From a virus: 64,000 nt of DNA. Shown here in pieces: positions 9,046 through 18,665 of this stretch. The translations under genes and the position numbers were made by a program. Location of the stretch: positions 1-64,000 of IMG/VR virus record IMGVR_UViG_3300020392_000010. One strand, given 5' to 3'. Numbering within the stretch: the first letter of the stretch is position 1; every line of letters begins with the position of its first letter. Below the pieces are notes generated by a model, which saw only the letters and a program-made list of their open reading frames with translations, was not told where the DNA came from and did not search any database.

Positions 9046-12000
9046 ATGAAGCACATACTAAAAATTAATGAATACGTAGAGGAAATAGTTGAAAAACCTA
9101 TTATCAAAAAAGCTATAGAGGCTCCAGCAACGGTTGAGACAATGTTAAAAAGAATAGCTAATAGATTCAATAGTTTAATTAGTAAAAGCTCTAACGAATC
9201 ACTAGATGATAACCTAGGTCTTTCTAAAGATTTTATGGATAGTTTAAAAGGTCAGTTTGAACCTGAAGACGTTCAAGGTGCAATGCAAGATAGTGAAGAT
9301 ATATTAAGATTACTCTCGTCTATACGCCAAACTGAGTCTGAAATGTCAGAAGAAGATAAAAAAGATAAAGCTATGGAAATAGTTTTAGACATATTTAATG
9401 GTAAAGGCTTTGATATAAGCAAGTTAGATTTTAAACTAGATATATTAAACGACAGTGATTTAATGGATGCTAAATCTAATATTATAGGTGTACCGCCTGA
9501 AGAATTTAAAGAAGTTAAAAAAGAAATAGAAGAAGAAAATCCTAAACTTAAAAAAGAAATAGACGTAAGAGCTATTCAAAATGCATTAACACAAGGCTTT
9601 GCTACTTCTATAAAAGATGATTTTGTAACAGGCGATAACGAAATAGAAGGCGTTAGTTTTGGAGACTACTATTCTTTAATGAATAAAACATTTGGACTTT
9701 ATTCAAAAGTTCCAAAAGAATTGATGCATCAAGTAATGACTCAATCACCCGCGCTAGGTAGAGTTGAACTAGTTTGGAACGAAGATAAAAATAAGTATAC
9801 AATAGAAGCAAGTGGATATACTATTTTAATATTAGTACACGAAATGGTAAAAGGAATACTTGAGCTTATATCATTGCATAGAGACCCAAAGTTAGATGCA
9901 GAGGATGAAGAAACGATGATGGCTTTATCTGGAACACAATTCTCAGAAAGAGACGGTTTACAATATGGCCCAGGCATGGTAAATAAATTTAAAGAATTTT
10001 TCTTAAAGGTTGAAGATAATTTATTAAAAGATAGGGAAATACAAGAAAGAAACCCTGCAATGATGCTTAATGTATTATCTAGGTTTTACAAATTAGAAGA
10101 CGATTTATTTCTAAGAGTAAGTAAAGCTATATTCAGTGATGATGAAAATAAACCATACGAATTATTTGAAGAATTCTACATAGATGGATTGCAAGGAATG
10201 GGCTTTAGAAGAAGAGACGATGGTCCACAAGATCCTTCAGATGATCCAGGCGATGGTCCAACCCCACCAAGCGACGATGCCCTAAGAGACTTATTAAGTG
10301 GAGCGGGTATTTCGCTTAATTTTGATCCGCCTTTAACAGAAGTAAACAAACATATATTTGGATTTAATCTATATCAAATATTAGAAAGTAAAAAAGATTT
10401 ACTAGATAAGTGGTCTAAATCAGTAGATAGAAGTGTAGTGGTAGATTATATTTCAAAGTTTAATAGAATAACTAATAATCCTAAAGGTGAATTACAAAAT
10501 ATGTTAGTTTCAAAAATACCAGGTGTTAGAGTAGAGCAAGACCTTAATGCTAGAAGAAACATTGAACAGTATAGTTTTCCAGAGCTAAGAGCCCTGGTCG
10601 ATTACATTGCTAAAAAAATAAAAATACCAGTTGTAAGTAGCTTAAAACAAGGTGACATTAACCCAGCTATTTCCACAATACAGGACAAACTCGGTTTAGA
10701 GAAAACTGGATTTTATGATAATACCTTAGAAAATAAAGTTAGAGAATTTCAAAAAAACTTTACAGAAACTATCTCGGATGATTATGATTGGAGAGAAATA
10801 TATGACAAATATCAAAACGTAGGTTTAACTAACCTTTCTGCTAAAGAAAAAATACAACTTGCTAAAAGTGCTGAATTTATAAAAACAGTTGAAGAAATTA
10901 TAAAAGAAAAAGAAGTTCAAATAAGAAATAAAGTTGCAAATGAACTTGAGAATCTACCAGATGGAAAAGAAAGAAATTTACTAGAAGACGAAATACTTGT
11001 TGAATTTGAAAAAATAACAAATATTAAAAGAGAATTAAAAACTATAAGAAGTATTTTAGGAGGAGGAATCGCTAAACCTAGTGGTAAAATGGATCAGGCT
11101 ACAATAAGTGCACTGGCCTTTGATAAAGGAATATCTAAACTAGAAGGACTAGGGGATAATGGTACACTTAAACCAGTGGGCGGAGAGCTAGTGGTAGACA
11201 ATGTAAACTATAGAATACACAGGGTTTTAGGACATAACTTTTGTGTTCAAACTAGAGAATCTTTTGAAAGAGTATTGAGAGAAGCAGGTGCTACTCAAGG
11301 TGCTTCATATGGATGGTGTATTGCTCAATCTGAAAACTGGTATCGTTCATATAGAACAAATGCATCGAAAAAACAAACTATTTATTTTGTAGAAAATAAA
11401 CAACGTGCAAAATATGAAGCTGAGAAATGGGCACAGTGGCTCAGTCAAAGAAGAAACGGAGGAGAAAGTAATTATTTAAGGTGGAGGGTTGAGCAAGCCC
11501 CGGGTCCAATGACTGGTGCATATGAAAAAATAATTGAAGAAGGAAATAGAAAATTCTATGATAATTTTCATATAGCAGTTGTTTTTGTAAAAGAGAATCC
11601 GGGTAATCCAAACGCTTTCTGGTTAGTAGGAGCATCTAACAATGGACAATGGGGAGACAGCACAGGTAGCAATAAACATTTAAGTTTTAAACAAATATTT
11701 GATAAAATATGGCCTGCTACTGAAGACATGTCTATTAGAAAACCAGAATGGTCAACAGGTGGAGGAGGACCAGTAAGGCCAACTATTCAAGTAACAGATG
11801 AAATAATAAAATTACCTTTTTATCATGTTCCATCCAGTAACGAAGCAAAGGATCTAGAAGAAAATGTATTCTTACCCTTTGAAGTTTCAAAGAGAGAAAG
11901 AAACGAAAGAAATTCAAGGTCAATTGAAAGTCAATTGAGTAATTCTAGCATATCAGATAGCGAGTTTAATGATCTAAACTTCGATCAAAAACAACAGTGG

Positions 12001-13200
12001 ATACAAAATATATTTTTAACTCAGGGAATGATAACTGAATTTTTAGACAATAGAAATAAGTCAGGTATAAATATAAAAATTTGGAAGGTATTACCAGAAC
12101 CCCTTAAAGAGCTCTATATAAAAGGAACAGTGGGTGCAACTTTACCTATTGAACATTTAGATGAAATAAAAGAAAGTCCTAAGTTAATTAAGTTATATCA
12201 AGATTTTGTTAAGAGAAGACTCGTAGGCCCTGACGGTGAAGGAGGAATAATAGATAAGCTTAAAGAAACATCAAGGTATTCAGAATTAAAAAAACTAATA
12301 CTTAGTAATAGTGATTTAGATTTAATAAGTAAACCCTATGACTTTAGTGAACTAAAAAGAGGTAAAGCTGAAGTAGAGCAAAAGTTAAAGGATTTTCCGC
12401 TGTCAGGTAAACTAAGTACTAGGCAATCTATGATGAGAGATATTAAATCCAGAAGAATTAAACTGGAACAATATATGAATTTAATATTAAGATATAGACA
12501 GGAATTATCTGGAGCTTTAGACAGAATTAAAAAAGAAGATGGTAATAGCATAACTATAAGTAGAAAAAACTTAGAAGAATTTAAAAGAATAGAGGACAGT
12601 ATAGAATATTCTAAAATTTTACAAGGCGCTAACTCTAGATTTGATTTTCCAACAAAATCAACTGATGAAAACGGTAATAAATTAAAATTCTTTAGTGATA
12701 TCGTTGAAAAAAATCCTGAAATAGATAAATTAACAACAGATTGGAAAAAGGTACCTAATTACTTTGATAAATTAAGTAAAGGTTTAAAAACTGGAAATGA
12801 AAAAGTTAGTAAAACATTAAGAACAGCTATTATAAAATTAATACATGTTATACTCGCTAGATCAGGTGCACCTATTGAACCAAATAGTTCATCTAAAATT
12901 TTAGAGTATAAAAAAGAATTAGAAAATGCTTTTAATTATATTAAAAATATGAGTGGAGACAATGAATTTGCAATAAGTAGTTTCTTAACAGCAGCTCTTG
13001 GTTATTTTAGAATTTTTGAATATGCTAAAAAAATGAGAAAGGAACAAGCTGATAAACTTTATGAATTATATGATGAAGTATTAGCTAAACATCCATTCTT
13101 AATATCTAGCGGTGGATTTAAAAAGTCTAGTACAATGCTAGGAAAACCAAAAGAGTCAGATTCTAGAGCAAATAGGCCATGGCATCAAGAGGAACTGTAA
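9046..13200 (+). CDS. Large multidomain putative internal virion protein
   Basis: Leader MKHILKINEYVE; HEMVKG domain; D/P linker; internal leader-like motif; PG-binding-like segment (IQDKLGLEKTGFYDNTLENKVREFQK); WCIA motif. Confidence 0.6.
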   Translation: MKHILKINEYVEEIVEKPIIKKAIEAPATVETMLKRIANRFNSLISKSSNESLDDNLGLSKDFMDSLKGQFEPEDVQGAMQDSEDILRLLSSIRQTESEMSEEDKKDKAMEIVLDIFNGKGFDISKLDFKLDILNDSDLMDAKSNIIGVPPEEFKEVKKEIEEENPKLKKEIDVRAIQNALTQGFATSIKDDFVTGDNEIEGVSFGDYYSLMNKTFGLYSKVPKELMHQVMTQSPALGRVELVWNEDKNKYTIEASGYTILILVHEMVKGILELISLHRDPKLDAEDEETMMALSGTQFSERDGLQYGPGMVNKFKEFFLKVEDNLLKDREIQERNPAMMLNVLSRFYKLEDDLFLRVSKAIFSDDENKPYELFEEFYIDGLQGMGFRRRDDGPQDPSDDPGDGPTPPSDDALRDLLSGAGISLNFDPPLTEVNKHIFGFNLYQILESKKDLLDKWSKSVDRSVVVDYISKFNRITNNPKGELQNMLVSKIPGVRVEQDLNARRNIEQYSFPELRALVDYIAKKIKIPVVSSLKQGDINPAISTIQDKLGLEKTGFYDNTLENKVREFQKNFTETISDDYDWREIYDKYQNVGLTNLSAKEKIQLAKSAEFIKTVEEIIKEKEVQIRNKVANELENLPDGKERNLLEDEILVEFEKITNIKRELKTIRSILGGGIAKPSGKMDQATISALAFDKGISKLEGLGDNGTLKPVGGELVVDNVNYRIHRVLGHNFCVQTRESFERVLREAGATQGASYGWCIAQSENWYRSYRTNASKKQTIYFVENKQRAKYEAEKWAQWLSQRRNGGESNYLRWRVEQAPGPMTGAYEKIIEEGNRKFYDNFHIAVVFVKENPGNPNAFWLVGASNNGQWGDSTGSNKHLSFKQIFDKIWPATEDMSIRKPEWSTGGGGPVRPTIQVTDEIIKLPFYHVPSSNEAKDLEENVFLPFEVSKRERNERNSRSIESQLSNSSISDSEFNDLNFDQKQQWIQNIFLTQGMITEFLDNRNKSGINIKIWKVLPEPLKELYIKGTVGATLPIEHLDEIKESPKLIKLYQDFVKRRLVGPDGEGGIIDKLKETSRYSELKKLILSNSDLDLISKPYDFSELKRGKAEVEQKLKDFPLSGKLSTRQSMMRDIKSRRIKLEQYMNLILRYRQELSGALDRIKKEDGNSITISRKNLEEFKRIEDSIEYSKILQGANSRFDFPTKSTDENGNKLKFFSDIVEKNPEIDKLTTDWKKVPNYFDKLSKGLKTGNEKVSKTLRTAIIKLIHVILARSGAPIEPNSSSKILEYKKELENAFNYIKNMSGDNEFAISSFLTAALGYFRIFEYAKKMRKEQADKLYELYDEVLAKHPFLISSGGFKKSSTMLGKPKESDSRANRPWHQEEL

Positions 13201-13253
13201 TAATTACACTATAGCACATAGATAAATAAATAAGTAAAACAACCCAAATAGAA

Positions 13254-15206
13254 ATGAAAATAGTAAAATCTTTTAATCAATGGCAATCATTAAATGAAAA
13301 TGAAAACCTAGATCTTAAAACTGATAAAACCGAAGAAATAAAGTCAGAAAGTAAAGATAGAAAACGAAATAGAAGAAAATATAGAAAAGATAATTGGATA
13401 TCTGATTCTGGCGCTGAATATGTTTTAACTAAAAAAAGAGAAAAAGATCCGGATAAAGATACATTCGTATTAAAAGGAAAAAACAAAAAGAGTCCAGTAT
13501 GGGATGAAAATGGAAAAATCGTAGATGACGTAAAAGATTTTTTAACTCATGACTTAATGGGAGGATCTAATGAAGGAAAATACGATGAAGACTCTATTCA
13601 AATAGAAAAATACAAAGAAGGAAATAAAGACAGGGTTAAGTTTAGCATAGCATTAAATAAAGAACAAGAAGATTCAAAAGAAGATTCAAAAGAAGAGGAA
13701 TCTGAAAAAGGTGGAAAGTATGAAAAAATAGAACTTCCTAAGAATAGAGAGGGAGAAACTAGAATAGAAGTTGGTGAAGAAAGCGAAGCTCTTCTAAAAA
13801 TAAAAGAACTTATTAGAGCAGCTTATAGTAAAAAAGTAACTCTTGGAAATGAATTTGGAATGGGTTGGTTAGACAGTAAAAAACTTGAAGAAACTGATAT
13901 AAATGGTTGGGTTATTCCTTTTAGATTGGCATTTGGTATGAAAAGTGCAAACTTTATATCACAGGGACTTGTTGATGAAATGGTAGACCAGGCTAATAAA
14001 TGGGAATCAGGATCATCTACAGAAGAAGTGGCTTCAAATGAATCCGGTTTATTTAAATTTTCCGACTTTGTAATGATAACTGAAGATTTTGATATAGCGC
14101 TAGCTCAAAAGGAAATAAACAAGGCCGCTGAAGCAACACCTGCTGCTAAAAAAGAAGAACCTGCTGAAACAAGCTCAAACACAGATAGTTCTGGTTCTGG
14201 CTCAGGTTCTACTGGAGGAGAATCAGCTTCTGGAGATGGCGATGGATTATTAACTGATGAACAGGCAATTAAGTATAGAACATGGGCCAATAGCGATGAG
14301 GTACTTAAAAAGGCATATGGTAAACCGAGTCAATTTGATTTAGATGAAACAGGTACTAATAACAGCTATGTTAAAAGATCTTACGGTCAAGCTAAGGCCG
14401 ATATGGATAAACAGACTGGACCTATGGCAGATGAAAAATATAGAACAGCCCTTTCAGCAATAACGGGTGGAGGTACTGCCGCAGCTACTGAAGGAGAAGG
14501 ATATCTAATGGGATATATTCAATATAAAGGAAAAGTTAGTCAACAATATGTACCAGGTGACATTGTCGCTGGGACTAAAGTTTATGAAACAGATAACAGT
14601 CGTATAGCTGTACACTTTGCTAATCCTAGACCTAAAATGGGAGCAGTTAAAGCAGGTCAAATAGTAACATTCAAAGACGGATGGGATGCTGCTGACTTTG
14701 GATATGTAGTAGATGATGTATGGAAAGATTCAAGCGGTAACCTAGGAGCAATATACATTTTCTCACCAAGTTATGTAAAAGAGTACGGAAAACCTAACAA
14801 AGATAGAAGCTTTGAAGGTAAAGCACGTATTGTAGTTACTGATCAAATGAAAACGTCTAATTTAAAAGATAGATTTATTAGAAACGCAACTGACGATAAT
14901 ACAGCCATATGGTGCTGTAACAAGATTGTAACATTCTGGGGTAATGCTTCAAACTTTAAAGCATTTAAAGGAACCTTTAATGATAACGAAGCCGGTGCAA
15001 TTGCACTATTTACAACTTGGTGGAATAAAAATATAAAACCAAATATTGATAAACTTAGAAAGAATGATCCAAATAAAAAGACTCTGACTTCTTTATTTAG
15101 CACTATTGTAAATAAAGCAGAGGGTAGTACATCTAATGACACTGCTAGATGGTCAATATCTACTTTAAGTGGTAGTAAGAGTTATAGTGTAGATACAGAT
15201 TTTTAA
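13254..15206 (+). CDS. Putative internal virion protein
   Basis: Leader MKIVKSFNQWQSLNE; GATAAATA at 13221; S/G linkers. Confidence 0.55.
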   Translation: MKIVKSFNQWQSLNENENLDLKTDKTEEIKSESKDRKRNRRKYRKDNWISDSGAEYVLTKKREKDPDKDTFVLKGKNKKSPVWDENGKIVDDVKDFLTHDLMGGSNEGKYDEDSIQIEKYKEGNKDRVKFSIALNKEQEDSKEDSKEEESEKGGKYEKIELPKNREGETRIEVGEESEALLKIKELIRAAYSKKVTLGNEFGMGWLDSKKLEETDINGWVIPFRLAFGMKSANFISQGLVDEMVDQANKWESGSSTEEVASNESGLFKFSDFVMITEDFDIALAQKEINKAAEATPAAKKEEPAETSSNTDSSGSGSGSTGGESASGDGDGLLTDEQAIKYRTWANSDEVLKKAYGKPSQFDLDETGTNNSYVKRSYGQAKADMDKQTGPMADEKYRTALSAITGGGTAAATEGEGYLMGYIQYKGKVSQQYVPGDIVAGTKVYETDNSRIAVHFANPRPKMGAVKAGQIVTFKDGWDAADFGYVVDDVWKDSSGNLGAIYIFSPSYVKEYGKPNKDRSFEGKARIVVTDQMKTSNLKDRFIRNATDDNTAIWCCNKIVTFWGNASNFKAFKGTFNDNEAGAIALFTTWWNKNIKPNIDKLRKNDPNKKTLTSLFSTIVNKAEGSTSNDTARWSISTLSGSKSYSVDTDF

Positions 15207-15224
15207 AAAAATATTTTAAATAAA

Positions 15225-15557
15225 ATGGGAATGAAATATACAGTAAATTTAACGGATGAAAATATTCAAGCATTAATGGATGATCCAGAGATGGATGGAA
15301 TAACGTTAGAAGGAACAGCAACAGACGGTACTAAAGTGCAGGTTACTATGGTTAAAACAGCCGCCGCAGATATGAAAACGGATGCAACCGTGGAAGAACC
15401 AGTTGATACTATGTCAACTGAAGACGATTCAGCTGAGCTAGGAAACATAGCTCCAGAAGAGGAAGCAGCTATGATGAATGCAACGGAAGAAAGCTACGGT
15501 TTTACTAATGAAAGTACTATTTCAAGCTTTGATAACTTTTTAAAAACAAGAAAATAA
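15225..15557 (+). CDS. Acidic hypothetical protein
   Basis: C-terminal NESTISSFDNFLK motif. Confidence 0.55.
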   Translation: MGMKYTVNLTDENIQALMDDPEMDGITLEGTATDGTKVQVTMVKTAAADMKTDATVEEPVDTMSTEDDSAELGNIAPEEEAAMMNATEESYGFTNESTISSFDNFLKTRK

Positions 15558-15559
15558 AT

Positions 15560-15859
15560 ATGAAAAAGTGGATTTGTATACTTATAGATAAAATAACCTT
15601 TGGTAAAGTTTGTTTAAGTTGGTGTGAAATAGAACCTGCTAAAATAGAAGAAAAACCTGTAAAGCCAGTTAAGCTTACTAAAAGGCCAGCTAAAGCTAAA
15701 CCTATTTCTAAAAAGAAAACTTCTATTACAAAAGAAATGAAAAAACAATTTGTAAAAGATAAAGCTAACGGTATGAGTTTTAAAGCAATTGGTAAAAAGC
15801 ATGGAGTAGCTGCTAGTTCAGTAAGCTATCATATTAAAAAATCAAAAGATAATGGATAA
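15560..15859 (+). CDS. Basic protein with C-terminal HTH
   Basis: GMSFKAIGKKHGVAASSVSYHIKK. Confidence 0.55.
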   Translation: MKKWICILIDKITFGKVCLSWCEIEPAKIEEKPVKPVKLTKRPAKAKPISKKKTSITKEMKKQFVKDKANGMSFKAIGKKHGVAASSVSYHIKKSKDNG

Positions 15860-16244
15860 TAAAAGAATACTTACATTTGGTGAATTTACAAAAGCCTATT
15901 CAAAGGGTGATCAATTTTCTGCCACAGGGAATGATGAAAAAAGCGTAGATAAATTACAAAATGCAGCGGATTCTTTAACAGAGAATCCCATAGTAGATGG
16001 TAGTAAAGGTGATATGGATTCTGTTGATAGTAAACCAGCTACTAAATTTATTAAGACTGATTATGAGAAAAGTCCGGATATTCCCAATGGACCTGTTAAA
16101 TTAAAAGATGTAGATCAAGAAGAATCAACAGAGGATACCGACAATAACGATGATTCTGAAGAAAAAGCTAAACCTGTTAAAAAGGTAAAAAAAGAATCTA
16201 AAAAATCAGAAGAAGACCAGAGAGAAGAATCTGGAGAATATTAA
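15852..16244 (+). CDS. Hypothetical protein with capsid-targeting-like leader
   Basis: MDNKRILTFGEF. Confidence 0.55.
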   Translation: MDNKRILTFGEFTKAYSKGDQFSATGNDEKSVDKLQNAADSLTENPIVDGSKGDMDSVDSKPATKFIKTDYEKSPDIPNGPVKLKDVDQEESTEDTDNNDDSEEKAKPVKKVKKESKKSEEDQREESGEY

Positions 16245-16245
16245 T

Positions 16246-16536
16246 ATGAGTAACGATGTAAAAGAAGGAATGGGATTTTTTGAATTCATGTCTTCTTCTC
16301 ATCTAGGAGGAACCGGTAATAGGTATGAATATGGAAATGATCCAATTTCAATGGAAGAAAAACAAAACGTAAAAGATTTACTTGAACATATAAATGCCTT
16401 ATCCGGTGCAGCCTTAAACGCTATATCTAAAGATAGTGAATATAATAATGTATACATTAAGAGACGCCTTATACACGCTAAAAAAGAAGTTAGAGAGGCT
16501 TATTTGAGAATAATGGATTCTATTAAAAAAGATTAA
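16246..16536 (+). CDS. Hypothetical protein
   Basis: Last gene of a + strand run. Confidence 0.5.
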   Translation: MSNDVKEGMGFFEFMSSSHLGGTGNRYEYGNDPISMEEKQNVKDLLEHINALSGAALNAISKDSEYNNVYIKRRLIHAKKEVREAYLRIMDSIKKD

Positions 16537-17354
16537 CCATAAAAATTAGGGCTGGGTAAACCTGAATAATGATCCCATTTATCATCTTCAATCATCTTCC
16601 ATTGATGCCTAGGTCTATACCATATTGTTCTCCCGGTTCCATCTTTTTCCCTAATCATGTCACTGTTACCATAGCATTTCATAAAATTACCTGACTCTTT
16701 TAAGAATGGATTTTTCCAATCTTTAATGCTCCCTCCGCCCATAACATAAGCTAATTCTGGCATGTATTTACAAAGCTTTAATATATCTGGATATTTTTCT
16801 ATTGCTTCATTTGCTTTCATAAATGGGCTTAAATCCTCGATTCTATAAATTATTTCAGCCCTTAAATAGTTACCTATTCCATTAAAATACTTTTGATTTA
16901 AAAGAATTTCACATATAGGTTTATCAAATATTTTTTTATGTAGATTCTCTTTAACATTTTTTACAAACCCTTCAAAGTCTAATGTTGGATCTGGACCACG
17001 GTCCTTTGACCATTCCTGTCCTGGCCACCATTTACCAAATCTTCTCATATCAATAAATGATAATGACATTCCACAGGTTGATTCAAAAATAATATGCGAA
17101 TGTTTATGTTCTTTACCTGTTTTAGTCATTCTAAAATAACCTGACATACCCATTGTCATTCTTATAGGGTAATTGTTTAGATACACTATTAATTCCTTAC
17201 CTCTACTTTTAGCTTTAATAGTAAACAATGGATGTTTTTGAAATAAGGGTTTCCATTTATGTTCTGGATTATTCTTGACTTTATTAAAAGTTTTTCCTTT
17301 AACTGTTTGATTTATATAATCTGCTGTTAATCTAAGTTCTGCTAATTCTGGCAT
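16533..17354 (-). CDS. nei: Fpg/Nei-family DNA glycosylase, NEIL1-like
   Basis: True start at 17354 gives the catalytic N-terminus MPELAE; SRGKE, GMSG, DMRRFG, LLNQKYFNGIGNYLRAEIIY (H2TH); zincless finger GRTIWY. Confidence 0.9.
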   Translation of the reverse strand: MPELAELRLTADYINQTVKGKTFNKVKNNPEHKWKPLFQKHPLFTIKAKSRGKELIVYLNNYPIRMTMGMSGYFRMTKTGKEHKHSHIIFESTCGMSLSFIDMRRFGKWWPGQEWSKDRGPDPTLDFEGFVKNVKENLHKKIFDKPICEILLNQKYFNGIGNYLRAEIIYRIEDLSPFMKANEAIEKYPDILKLCKYMPELAYVMGGGSIKDWKNPFLKESGNFMKCYGNSDMIREKDGTGRTIWYRPRHQWKMIEDDKWDHYSGLPSPNFYG

Positions 17355-17355
17355 A

Positions 17356-17526
17356 TTATTTTTTTTTATTTGGTGGAAATCTACCCCAATTACCGTGGCC
17401 ATCGTAATCTATCATATCATCTTTTAAAGTAGGCATATCTTCTATTTCTTTTTTAGTAGAAAACATAAAAAAGATAATATAAGTAGTAAATACTATAAAA
17501 CCAACGATAAATATTAAAAATACCAC
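17356..17526 (-). CDS. Small membrane protein (56 aa, not in ORF track)
   Basis: GTG start; MVFLIFIVGFIVFTTYIIFFMF...DYDGHGNWGRFPP; abuts the nei start. Confidence 0.6.
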   Translation of the reverse strand: MVFLIFIVGFIVFTTYIIFFMFSTKKEIEDMPTLKDDMIDYDGHGNWGRFPPNKKK

Positions 17527-17697
17527 TTATCGTTTGTTTTTTTGAATTTTAATCTTTGGGTTTAATTTTTCTTTTTTTACATTAAACCTTCCTTGTTCTT
17601 TTTCCTGCTGCTTATGGGCTCGGTTGATCATTCTAATTAAAAAATACATGTATGTTACGAATATAACTAAGCCTATGCTAAATATTAAAATGTCCAT
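17527..17697 (-). CDS. Small membrane protein (56 aa, not in ORF track)
   Basis: MDILIFSIGLVIFVTYMYFLIRMINRAHKQQ...; N-terminal TM helix. Confidence 0.6.
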   Translation of the reverse strand: MDILIFSIGLVIFVTYMYFLIRMINRAHKQQEKEQGRFNVKKEKLNPKIKIQKNKR

Positions 17698-17701
17698 AAC
17701 T

Positions 17702-17866
17702 TTACTTTTTTAATGTGTTAAAAAAACAGCCTAATCCTAGTATAGAAGGAACCCATATTCCTACGAACATTCCTTCATCTTTATATCCCATAAACCATAA
17801 AGATACTGAGAATAAAAAACTAATAAAAGCTAATAGTATTGGGTAATATTTTTCTAATTGTTTCAT
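17702..17866 (-). CDS. Small membrane protein (54 aa, not in ORF track)
   Basis: MKQLEKYYPILLAFISFLFSVSLWFMGYKDEGMFVGIWVPSILGLGCFF; two TM helices. Confidence 0.65.
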   Translation of the reverse strand: MKQLEKYYPILLAFISFLFSVSLWFMGYKDEGMFVGIWVPSILGLGCFFNTLKK

Positions 17867-17876
17867 ATTTAATTTA

Positions 17877-18107
17877 TTATATTGTTTCTACTTTTTTAAT
17901 TTCAGGGTCTAGTGCTTTTAGATTAGACTCTAATCCGGTTTTAATAGTTATAGGGCTAATAGAACATGTTTTACATGCTCCTAGTAATTCTACTATTATT
18001 GTTTTATCATCTGTAATTTCTACTAACTCCATATCTCCGCCATCATCTTTTAAATATGGTCTTAAATCGTCTATTGCTTTTAAAACCATTTGTTCTATGT
18101 TTGACAT
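17877..18107 (-). CDS. NifU-like (Nfu) Fe-S carrier domain
   Basis: LRPYLKDDGGDMELV...GACKTC (CxxC). Confidence 0.9.
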   Translation of the reverse strand: MSNIEQMVLKAIDDLRPYLKDDGGDMELVEITDDKTIIVELLGACKTCSISPITIKTGLESNLKALDPEIKKVETI

Positions 18108-18110
18108 AAT

Positions 18111-18326
18111 TTAATTTTTCCAATTTAACAATATATCTTCTAAGTCTTCTAGTATTATTTTAAGATTTTGTTCATAGGAAGCTCCATATGAACAAGGGTC
18201 TTCATTATCTATGTGCATTCTTATTTGATTAAGCCTATTGATTGCATCAGTTTTAAGTTTAGCTTTAAGAATTTCACTTCTATAATTATCTGTTTCAGTG
18301 ATTTTTTTTCTTTTTTTGAAAAACAT
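18111..18326 (-). CDS. Hypothetical protein
   Basis: First gene after TAGTATAAT at 18347-18355. Confidence 0.5.
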   Translation of the reverse strand: MFFKKRKKITETDNYRSEILKAKLKTDAINRLNQIRMHIDNEDPCSYGASYEQNLKIILEDLEDILLNWKN

Positions 18327-18391
18327 AGTTGATATTGATTTATAATATTATACTAAATAATTCTAAATATATAAAATAAAGCCCTACTAAT

Positions 18392-18655
18392 ATGAAAAAT
18401 TGGAATCAAATATTTGAACGTCATGATGAAGAATGGCCTCAAGAAATACTTTCAATGACAGTAGATCAGCTATTAGATAAATTAAAAGAAATGAATCTAA
18501 GCGACGAGTATAGTACTATTGAAAATATTTTAAACACTCATTGTATGGGAGATTCTATGGGTATGGATGAAATGCCAACCTTCGATGAAATAGCAAATAG
18601 AGAACCCACTCCATTTGATTCAATGATGGATAAAGATTCATGGATGGATTTATAA
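18392..18655 (+). CDS. Hypothetical protein with capsid-targeting-like leader
   Basis: MKNWNQIFE. Confidence 0.55.
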   Translation: MKNWNQIFERHDEEWPQEILSMTVDQLLDKLKEMNLSDEYSTIENILNTHCMGDSMGMDEMPTFDEIANREPTPFDSMMDKDSWMDL

Positions 18656-18665
18656 AATACCCGGT

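Noticed and set aside
17355-17402. N-terminal extension of the glycosylase as given in the ORF track
   Set aside because: Fpg/Nei needs Pro2, so the start is 17354; the extension overlaps a separate small ORF.
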